A DNA stretch of 10,473 nt, taken from assembly GCA_029856045.1 (NCBI GenBank), contig JAHQWG010000004.1:1-10473 (forward strand), in the 5' to 3' direction. Below the pieces are notes generated by a model, which had not been told where the DNA came from, did not search any database, and saw only the letters and a list, made by a program, of their open reading frames with translations. Origin of the DNA: Promethearchaeia archaeon. Lineage in GTDB: Archaea > Asgardarchaeota > Lokiarchaeia > Sigyniarchaeales > SOKP01. Below, piece after piece: positions 1 to 6,990 of this stretch. Position 1 is the first letter of the stretch; every line of letters begins with the position of its first letter. Both the position numbers and the translations under genes were made by a program.

Positions 1-387
1 GTTATCTAATGAATAAGTTCTGTTATCTACTAAAGCATCCCCTGTTTTATTACTACTTCGAAAAAAAGTTCCATTCATAATTGATGAAACAGATTCATTT
101 TGGTATAAATGATTAAGAAAAAATAAAGTAGTATTATCTAAGTGATTTAAAAAAGGATTTTCTAATAATGGAATTTTTGAGAGCGTGGGACTAAGTGAAT
201 GATCATTAAAATAGTTATCAAATATGTTAGGGAGATTATCTTTATTTTGAAAATTAGAATTTGAACTATCTTTTTGATAAAATGAAAAATTACTATAATA
301 AAACAAATTAAAAACAAAAAAACTGATAAAAAGAATGATTAGTACTTTATATTGATATTTATTGCGTCTTGATATTTTCTTTATCAT
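1..387 (-). CDS. Putative secreted or membrane-anchored glycoprotein, N-terminal 129 aa (runs off the left edge; absent from the ORF track)
   Basis: Manual translation from ATG at 387 is stop-free to base 1: MIKKISRRNKYQYKVLIILFISFFVFNLFYYSNFSFYQKDSSNSNFQ...VDNRTYSLDN. A basic N-region is followed by a hydrophobic stretch (signal peptide or anchor) and a low-complexity N/S linker. Six N-x-S/T sequons (NFS, NTT, NES, NGT, NKT, NRT). Confidence 0.85.
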   Translation of the reverse strand, partial: MIKKISRRNKYQYKVLIILFISFFVFNLFYYSNFSFYQKDSSNSNFQNKDNLPNIFDNYFNDHSLSPTLSKIPLLENPFLNHLDNTTLFFLNHLYQNESVSSIMNGTFFRSSNKTGDALVDNRTYSLDN

Positions 388-399
388 AAAATACATCTA

Positions 400-474
400 T
401 TCGTTTTAAAAATGTGTTTACTTTTGAAAAATTCCTTCGTTATATAAATGTGTTTACTTTTGAAAAATTCCTTC
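400..474. repeat. 36-bp tandem duplication (2 copies plus a partial third) in the intergenic region
   Basis: 400-435 ttcgttttaaaaatgtgtttacttttgaaaaattcc vs 436-471 ttcgttatataaatgtgtttacttttgaaaaattcc (34/36 identical). Perfect 29-bp core at 410-438 and 446-474. Confidence 0.95.
404..448 (-). promoter_or_regulatory. Candidate archaeal TATA boxes, one per repeat copy, for the 387 ORF
   Basis: Minus strand reads TTTATATA at 448-441 and TTTTTAAAA at 412-404, each preceded by A-rich AAAAGTAAACACA. The AT-rich background limits specificity. Confidence 0.4.
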
Positions 475-527
475 ATTTAAATTTTTTTTTGAATTAATTT
501 TGGATAGAAGAAACTAAAACATTAAGA

Positions 528-2024
528 TTAAATTGAGATCAAATTTCTCGAAATTATGTCTGGAATCTTATTAATTTTTATTCTTTCTTGTTCCATAGAA
601 TCTCTATATCTTATTGTGACTGATTGATCTTCTAAAGATTCATAATCTATTGTAATGCAAAATGGAGTTCCTAATTCGTCTTGTCGTCTATATCGCTTTC
701 CAATTGAGCCAGTTTCATCATAAAAAGAAGCAATCCGATTATTCAATAATTTTTTTTGAACTTTTTTTGCCAAATCCCTAATTTCTTTTTTATTTTTAAT
801 TAAAGGAAAAACTGCAACGGAATAAGGTGCAAGAAATGGTTTTAGCTTTAAGTTTATTCGTTGTTCCTTAACATCAAAGCAACTTTCTAAAAGAGTATAT
901 AATATACGATCAATTCCAAAGGCAATCTCGAGTACTTGAGGTATTTCTTTTTTATTCGAACTTGTATCCATAGAGATTTCGAAATTCTGTTTTGAAAATT
1001 CTTGATGCCGTCTTAAATCATAATCTGTTCGATCATGAATTCCACAGATTTCAATCCATCCATACTGTCTTGTTTCAATTTCTAAATCCCATGCATCATC
1101 GGCATAATGAGCTCTTTCTGCAGGTGAATGTTGTCTTAAACGTATAAGTCCATTTTCATATCCAAACCTTTTAGTCAAGAAATATGAAATATAGAGACAA
1201 TAAGCAAAAGCCGGTTTTTTTATAACTCCGGAGTTTATGGCTTCTTCAAGGGAAATAATATTTGGCTTGTAAATATTTTTTGTTTGAGTTTTCCAATCTA
1301 AGAAGGGAAGTTCTTCATTTTTTACATCAAAATACTCCTCAAGCGTCATTTCTTGTTCCTTTCCTATGAATAGTTGTAATTCCAATTGATCAAATGTTCT
1401 CATCCGGATAATTCCTTGCCTAGGGGATATCTCATTCCTATGAGCTTTACCATATTGAAAGACTTTGATTGGATATTTTTTTCGGGCATAATTATCTAAT
1501 CGATTAAATAATAAGTATGTAGTGGTTGCAGTTTCTGGACGCAAATACGCAATATTATTATCCCCCACGTTAGTCTTTAACATTAAGTTATATTCTTCAA
1601 TTTCTCCAAGCAAACTATCACAACTGGGGCATTTAAGATTTTTAGTTTTGATAAGTTTATTTAGTTCTTTCTTAGATAACCCATCAATCAACGTATCTGG
1701 TAATAATTCTTTTAGAATTTTATCTGCTCTATATAATGATTTACATTTAGTACATCGAGTTATGTAATCAATAAATCTCTCCAGATGTCCAGAAGCTTCC
1801 CAAACAATCTCAGGCATGATTGTTGGACATTCAACCTCTAGAAAACCAAAATAAGAGAGTTCTTTCCTAAATAATGAGAGAATTTTATTTTTTAATGCTG
1901 AACCAGCTGGTCCATATGTATAAAAACCAGCAAACCCCCCATATATTTCCGGTGATGGGCCCCATATAAAACCCCTCCTCTTTACTAGAGAATTAAATGT
2001 GTCTATATTATCCTGAATTTTCAT
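528..2024 (-). CDS. glyS: Glycine--tRNA ligase, alpha2 (archaeal/eukaryotic-type) class II
   Basis: RRGF..EIYGG..GFYTYGP.G (motif 1 region), VWEASGH, CxxC..CxxC insertion, YLRPETA, motif 2 GKAHRNEISPRQG, ERAHYA, GWIEICG..DRTDYDL..H, motif 3 FGIDR, and anticodon-binding domain SIGKRYRRQDELGTPFCITID. Confidence 0.97.
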   Translation of the reverse strand: MKIQDNIDTFNSLVKRRGFIWGPSPEIYGGFAGFYTYGPAGSALKNKILSLFRKELSYFGFLEVECPTIMPEIVWEASGHLERFIDYITRCTKCKSLYRADKILKELLPDTLIDGLSKKELNKLIKTKNLKCPSCDSLLGEIEEYNLMLKTNVGDNNIAYLRPETATTTYLLFNRLDNYARKKYPIKVFQYGKAHRNEISPRQGIIRMRTFDQLELQLFIGKEQEMTLEEYFDVKNEELPFLDWKTQTKNIYKPNIISLEEAINSGVIKKPAFAYCLYISYFLTKRFGYENGLIRLRQHSPAERAHYADDAWDLEIETRQYGWIEICGIHDRTDYDLRRHQEFSKQNFEISMDTSSNKKEIPQVLEIAFGIDRILYTLLESCFDVKEQRINLKLKPFLAPYSVAVFPLIKNKKEIRDLAKKVQKKLLNNRIASFYDETGSIGKRYRRQDELGTPFCITIDYESLEDQSVTIRYRDSMEQERIKINKIPDIISRNLISI

Positions 2025-2150
2025 AATTTCTCTAAATCAACCATTAAGATTAATAACAAAATAATAATAAAATAACAATAAAGATAAATAATTAAATAAT
2101 TAGTTTTTTATAACAATATTAAAATTAAAAAACAAAAAAATGATTAGAGT
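2025..2150. promoter_or_regulatory. Divergent promoter region between glyS and the 7TM gene
   Basis: 126-bp extremely AT-rich spacer between head-to-head starts. It contains TATA-like TTTTATAA around 2105-2113. Confidence 0.55.
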
Positions 2151-2954
2151 ATGATTTTTCAAGATAATATCTTAAACTTCGAACAAGCTCTGGAGTCTGG
2201 CCTCTACTTTGTAATTATTGGATATTATTTTTTATTATTTGCATTTTTTCTCTTTATGCGATTTAGATTAACAAAGAAGGAGTATTGGCTATTTTTTTCA
2301 TTGTTATTTTTATGTTTTGCTTTTGCAAGACTGTTTTTTATTATTAATGACTTTTTTTTACCGCAGTTCAAAGATTTTATAGACGGGACAATAAATCGTT
2401 CGTTAGCATATCTACCAGGATTGGGATGGAAATTAGCGACGTTTTTTTCTTGGCTAGGTATAAGTTGCCTAATGGGAATTTTAGGAATTTTATTATTTAC
2501 TGAAAAGGATAAAAAATCATTAATTTTAAGAATTTTATTAATTACCGGACCGGTAATTGTAAGTATCATGGCTTTAATATTACCTGATGGATATTTTTTA
2601 ACACAAGATGTTATAAACGAATATAATTTAACTGTTGATTCCGTTTTTTTTACAATGGGCTCGTGGCAATATCCGATGGGAAGATTCATTTTTACTTTAG
2701 TATTATCACCGATTTTTACTTTTATAATTCCATTTTTATTTCTATATCTTGCTATCAAGACATTCGGGGTTTTGCGACGTTCCTATTTACTTAATGCTAT
2801 AGGTTTTCTCTTATATTACACAGGAAGGATACTTCAAGGAGCACTTCAATTTACCACCCTTTCTTCTATGTCTCAAGCATTAATTCCTCCATTTATAATC
2901 TTATTAGCGCTATTGTTGATTGTTATTGCCAATAATTATGAGCAATTAAGATAA
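2151..2954 (+). CDS. Stand-alone seven-transmembrane protein of unknown function
   Basis: Seven hydrophobic segments by eye: GLYFVIIGYYFLLFAFFLFM, YWLFFSLLFLCFAFARLFFII, LATFFSWLGISCLMGILGILLF, LILRILLITGPVIVSIMALIL, FIFTLVLSPIFTFIIPFLFLYLAI, YLLNAIGFLLYYTGRIL, ALIPPFIILLALLLIVIA. Basic loops follow TM1, TM3 and TM5. No soluble domain. Confidence 0.85.
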   Translation: MIFQDNILNFEQALESGLYFVIIGYYFLLFAFFLFMRFRLTKKEYWLFFSLLFLCFAFARLFFIINDFFLPQFKDFIDGTINRSLAYLPGLGWKLATFFSWLGISCLMGILGILLFTEKDKKSLILRILLITGPVIVSIMALILPDGYFLTQDVINEYNLTVDSVFFTMGSWQYPMGRFIFTLVLSPIFTFIIPFLFLYLAIKTFGVLRRSYLLNAIGFLLYYTGRILQGALQFTTLSSMSQALIPPFIILLALLLIVIANNYEQLR

Positions 2955-3048
2955 AATCTAAAATTCAAAAAATTATTTATAATAATCCTTTATAATAGCT
3001 CTTAAAGTAAGTCCATTTTTTTTAAAAAAAAGATTTAAGAAATAAATT

Positions 3049-4704
3049 ATGTCGTTTCACGGTCAGCAAAACATATTTCCAATGTTTTATTTAAAAGAAG
3101 ATTTATCTAAGGCAATTTCTTTAAATGAAGAATTATCTATTTCTTTTTATTTATTGACACATGACCTAAAAGAAAATGAAAAAATAAAATCATTTTCACG
3201 TCTTTTAGTTCCAATGGTCTTTATCCAAGGATTAATCTCAACTCATATTGTTTTAGAAGGATTGTCAATTGCATCATTTGATGAAAAAATTACTAACCCC
3301 CCAAGACAAGCACTTATTGGTCATATTTTAAGAAATATCGAGAATAGATCTCAAGTTGAGCTTCTTGAGAAAATTATTGCTATAATCACCTATAAAGATG
3401 AGGATGCGAAGCAATTATCATCATTAAAAGAAGAGGAAGAAGAAGCGGAATTTAAAAAAGTTAATATCAAATATCTATTAAATCCTGGATTAATAGAAGG
3501 TTTAAAGAAGATCTTACCAAGATTAAAGTATATGCCTATAAGGGATTATACTGTTTTAGATAGTTCATTGATAACCGAATTAGCATTAGATTTAGCAGAA
3601 TATTATAGAAATACTATTAAGTTATTAAAAGGGAATGCTATGCGATGGCAGAATTTAATCAAGTTAATCGACAAAGAAATAAATAAATGGCTATTAGATT
3701 TAAAAGTGAAGAGAATAGATGTTAAAGGACGATACGATTCGGAAATTGGAAAAATGAACAAGGTTATTGATTCTTCAATTATCAACGAGAGAATTAAAGA
3801 AGAGAAAGATAAAATTGATTTATGGGTTCAAATACAAAAAAAGAGACTTATTGAAGCATTATCTCAACAATTTATGACTGTAGATCGAAAAATATTGGAA
3901 TTAGCCAGTAAAAATAAATTTTTTACTAATTATGATGCTCTAAAGGCTTTTAGATTACAGGAGGTAATTTCTAAATGCAGAAACCATATAGGTGGTTTGA
4001 ACGAAAACATACAATATTTATCAGATCTAGTAAAAAATATTTCGACTCAAGTTGATGACTTTGTTAAAAGAAGTGAAGAAATCAATCAGAAAGCTACAAA
4101 AAGATTAGAAGATAAAAACAAAAACTTAGGGGAACAACTTTCTAAGAAAGATGAAATGATATCAACTTATCAGAGAGAAAAAGAGTTTGAATCTGGTGAA
4201 ATAAAAAATTTAAAAAATAATATAAAAAATAAAGCTCAAGAAATTAAAGATATAATATTGAGAAAGAGTGAAGATTGCTTAAGAGAAGCAAGAATTCTGG
4301 AAAACCAGAATATAAAGGATAATGAAGCACTAAATTTATCGATGCCTGTAATTTGGACCTTTTTTCCATTATATATGGGCCTAATAGAAGATGAAAAAGA
4401 ATTTGAAGAAAAAATTAAAATTATTTTACCTGGCTTCATAAATCGAAATGCATTAAATGCAAAATCATTAAAAGAAGAATTAAATCCTTCTTATACTGCA
4501 TATTTACAAAATTTATTGATGAAAATCGAAGAAGATATGAAGATTCGAAGTAATTTTGAGTTCTCTGGAGAAAATAATAATTTATTAGAAGATTCAAATA
4601 TTAAAAAGCAGATTCAAAATGGAATTTCATCTTTAATAAGTTCTGCTATAATTAATGATGTTCTAGCTAAAGAGATGGAAGAAAAGTTAAATTTTATCTC
4701 TTGA
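3049..4704 (+). CDS. Hypothetical protein with a long central coiled coil and globular N- and C-terminal segments
   Basis: 551-aa ORF. Residues ~180-420 are K/E/L/I-rich, heptad-like and lack Pro. The flanks contain beta-strand/Pro motifs (SRLLVPMVFI and WTFFPLYMGLI). No Walker A motif and no TM segment. Confidence 0.85.
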   Translation: MSFHGQQNIFPMFYLKEDLSKAISLNEELSISFYLLTHDLKENEKIKSFSRLLVPMVFIQGLISTHIVLEGLSIASFDEKITNPPRQALIGHILRNIENRSQVELLEKIIAIITYKDEDAKQLSSLKEEEEEAEFKKVNIKYLLNPGLIEGLKKILPRLKYMPIRDYTVLDSSLITELALDLAEYYRNTIKLLKGNAMRWQNLIKLIDKEINKWLLDLKVKRIDVKGRYDSEIGKMNKVIDSSIINERIKEEKDKIDLWVQIQKKRLIEALSQQFMTVDRKILELASKNKFFTNYDALKAFRLQEVISKCRNHIGGLNENIQYLSDLVKNISTQVDDFVKRSEEINQKATKRLEDKNKNLGEQLSKKDEMISTYQREKEFESGEIKNLKNNIKNKAQEIKDIILRKSEDCLREARILENQNIKDNEALNLSMPVIWTFFPLYMGLIEDEKEFEEKIKIILPGFINRNALNAKSLKEELNPSYTAYLQNLLMKIEEDMKIRSNFEFSGENNNLLEDSNIKKQIQNGISSLISSAIINDVLAKEMEEKLNFIS

Positions 4705-4824
4705 AAGATTCTTTTTAATTTTATTAAATCTTACTCAATTAGAAATATAAGATTTAATATATTTTGCCCTTTTTTATTATCTATAAATAGATTTTATTAA
4801 AAATAATAGAATTTTCAGATTAAA

Positions 4825-5511
4825 ATGGCAAAAAAGGAGATAAAAGATAAGAAGGGATATTTGAATTATAAAAAAACTTTACTTAGGAATTTCTTTTTCA
4901 GACGAGATAGCATAAAGGAAGAAGAAAAAGAAAAAACTGAAACTAGTGTAATTGAAGAAGGGTTAACATATATACAGATGAAATTACCAGTAGAAATAAT
5001 AACTGAAGAATTTGAACAATCATTAAAAAAGAAAATATCTCACAATATATTACGAGCTAATATTAGAGAAGCAACTATAGAGGATTTAGAAGCTATTAGA
5101 TATATCCATAATAGAGCGTGGTTAACAAGCAATACGCCTTTCTCGCCTATTACCCTAGAAGGGATTAAGCAAGTATTTGAAATTCCTTCAACAAAAATAT
5201 TTATTGCGAGAGTATATGGTCAAGATGGAGGGTTTATAATTACGGATTTGGAAGGAGAAGATAATAAAGTTGGCGTAATTGCAGGTTTAGGCATATTACC
5301 ACGCTTTCAAAGAAGATATCTTGGAACAATACTGGGAATGCATAGTTGGGAGTATTTAAAAAAAAAAAATATAAAAGAATTAAGATGCGAAGTCTATGTT
5401 GATAACGTGGCATCTTATAAACTTATTAAAGGTCTTGGATTCGAAGAATACGATAGAATAACTTATGGACCCAAAGATTTTGAAGTAGACAATAAAAAAA
5501 AAGAAAATTAG
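4825..5511 (+). CDS. GNAT family N-acetyltransferase with a charged N-terminal extension
   Basis: IREATIEDLEAI (beta1-alpha1), IAGLGILPRFQRRYLG (motif A), CEVYVDNVASYKLIKGLGF (motif B). Confidence 0.92.
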   Translation: MAKKEIKDKKGYLNYKKTLLRNFFFRRDSIKEEEKEKTETSVIEEGLTYIQMKLPVEIITEEFEQSLKKKISHNILRANIREATIEDLEAIRYIHNRAWLTSNTPFSPITLEGIKQVFEIPSTKIFIARVYGQDGGFIITDLEGEDNKVGVIAGLGILPRFQRRYLGTILGMHSWEYLKKKNIKELRCEVYVDNVASYKLIKGLGFEEYDRITYGPKDFEVDNKKKEN

Positions 5512-5595
5512 TATAAATCTTAAATAAAATCTAGTTTTTATAAATTATTATATAGAAATCTATCATATATTTATCAATTATAAATATTTTTAGAA

Positions 5596-5605
5596 AGGAA
5601 GTGTT
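5596..5605 (+). promoter_or_regulatory. Shine-Dalgarno-like sequence upstream of the acyltransferase frame
   Basis: AGGAAGTGTT matches AGGAGGTGAT at 8/10 positions and is the only G-rich patch in this spacer. Confidence 0.5.
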
Positions 5606-5631
5606 GAAATATCTCAATAATTCCAGATTAT

Positions 5632-6978
5632 TTGAAAGAAACAATCCCTAAAGAAGAAATTCGAGATTATAGCAGCATCAAAAGAATTCAATCAATCGAT
5701 TTGGTTAAAGGTCTTGCAATTATTTTAATTGTTTTATGTCATACTTCTGGTCATTGGTTTGATTCAGATTGGATATTTTTACATGGAATTTTGTATATGT
5801 GGCTTGATGTCTTTGGACCATCTTTGTTTATTTTTCTAAGTTCTCTCTCAGTAGTATTTTCTTTAACAAAAAAGAAAAGCAAATTGCCACAAAGCGTAAT
5901 TAGAAATAGAATTATTAGTCGAGGACTCTTGATAATGTTAGTTGGTAGTCTCTATACTATCGCATCCAATATGATTTTTTTACCGGGTTTAACATTTCCT
6001 TTTAACTTATGGGGATGGAATATACTTGTTTTCATCGGAGCTTCGCAAATTTTTGCATATTATGCCTTGAAAATATCTCAACCAGGAAGAATATTCATCG
6101 GTTTTATAATACTTACATTCTCCCCACAATTAAATATAATTTTTACTGAATTAATCTTATTGGAGAGAGGCATAGATCCTGCCATTTGGTGGATTCAAAT
6201 GGGTGTTGATCCTATGACTACAGCCCCTCAATTAATAACAGCTAATGCGGATCTAAATTCTTTCGCAAGTATTGTTTATTTTTTACTTTATTCTCCAACA
6301 CCTCATGCTCCACCATTTCCTTGGATTTCAATATGTTTTATCTCTTCAATTTGGGGTGAATGGTTAGCTGAGGCTATGCAAAAATCTACTGCAAAAGCAT
6401 ATAAAAACTTCTTAAAAAGAATTATCGAATGGGGATTTTTTTTCGTGTTAATTGGGATCTTTTTTGGATATGAATTGATGAATGTAGAATCAGCAAGAGT
6501 TGAATATATTAATATACCACTTTGGGAAATTGCGAACCAACAACCTATTACTTATTTTCCTGGAGTATTTCGATTTTTAATTCATGGTCAAGCCAGTAAT
6601 ACTATTTACCTAATGGGTATGGCTTTGTTAATTCTAGCGATATTTTTTTACTTGGTAGATATTAAAAGATCAAGTAATAATTTTTTTATAATGTTAATAT
6701 ATTATGGCAAAACATCTCTGAGTCTGTTTTTAATACATTACCTTTGTTTCTTTTTATTTCCCGCAAGTTTGAATATAATTTGGGGTGTTTTTTTAATTTT
6801 AGGATACGTAGCATTGTTGGGTTTTACTATGTATTTGTGGATCGAATTTGGTAATGGTGTAGGGAGCCCAGAATGGATCATTATTCAAATGGGGCGGATT
6901 GGTACGAGAGTTGAAGATAAATCAAAAGAAGCAATTGAAAAGTATAAAATAGAACATAAAAAAAACCCAAATGAGTAA
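5632..6978 (+). CDS. Membrane acyltransferase, DUF1624 / heparan-alpha-glucosaminide N-acetyltransferase-like (acyltransferase-3 clan); start uncertain
   Basis: KRIQSIDLVKGLAIILIVLCH matches the RxxxxDxxRGxA...H signature (K in place of the second R). Also P.LFIFLS, SRGLL, PPFPW and YGKTSLSLFLIH (GxxSLxxYxxH-like), with ~10-11 TM segments. The TTG start is weakly supported. Confidence 0.85.
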   Translation: MKETIPKEEIRDYSSIKRIQSIDLVKGLAIILIVLCHTSGHWFDSDWIFLHGILYMWLDVFGPSLFIFLSSLSVVFSLTKKKSKLPQSVIRNRIISRGLLIMLVGSLYTIASNMIFLPGLTFPFNLWGWNILVFIGASQIFAYYALKISQPGRIFIGFIILTFSPQLNIIFTELILLERGIDPAIWWIQMGVDPMTTAPQLITANADLNSFASIVYFLLYSPTPHAPPFPWISICFISSIWGEWLAEAMQKSTAKAYKNFLKRIIEWGFFFVLIGIFFGYELMNVESARVEYINIPLWEIANQQPITYFPGVFRFLIHGQASNTIYLMGMALLILAIFFYLVDIKRSSNNFFIMLIYYGKTSLSLFLIHYLCFFLFPASLNIIWGVFLILGYVALLGFTMYLWIEFGNGVGSPEWIIIQMGRIGTRVEDKSKEAIEKYKIEHKKNPNE

Positions 6979-6990
6979 TTGCTTTTTTTT
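6979..6990 (+). terminator. Oligo-T terminator candidate in the 10-bp gap between convergent genes
   Basis: T-run directly after the acyltransferase stop and overlapping the TPR gene stop. Archaeal terminators are U-tracts. Confidence 0.45.

Noticed and set aside
400-474. Repeat considered as a mini-CRISPR array
   Set aside because: Only 7 bp separate the 29-bp cores, so there is no spacer, and no cas genes are present.
1522-1767. 81-aa plus-strand ORF
   Set aside because: Antisense shadow inside glyS with no recognisable features.
2140-2154. Four-codon uORF (MIRV) whose TGA overlaps the 7TM ATG
   Set aside because: Easily arises by chance in AT-rich DNA; no supporting signal.
2540-2558. 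Perfect palindrome AATTACCGG-A-CCGGTAATT
   Set aside because: Single, mid-CDS occurrence. A 9-bp-arm palindrome is plausible by chance in 10 kb of biased sequence.
2225-2758. 177-aa minus-strand K/N/I-rich ORF
   Set aside because: Antisense mirror of the T-rich codons of the 7TM gene.
2151-2954. 7TM protein as a rhodopsin, schizorhodopsin or heliorhodopsin
   Set aside because: No retinal-binding Lys in TM7.
3016-3031. T8A8 palindrome upstream of the coiled-coil gene
   Set aside because: Low complexity. It may act as a U-tract terminator but cannot be supported as an operator.
3603-4439. Two short minus-strand ORFs (60 and 67 aa)
   Set aside because: Antisense shadows within the coiled-coil gene.
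3049-4704. SMC/Rad50 assignment
   Set aside because: No Walker A/B, signature motif, hinge or zinc hook.
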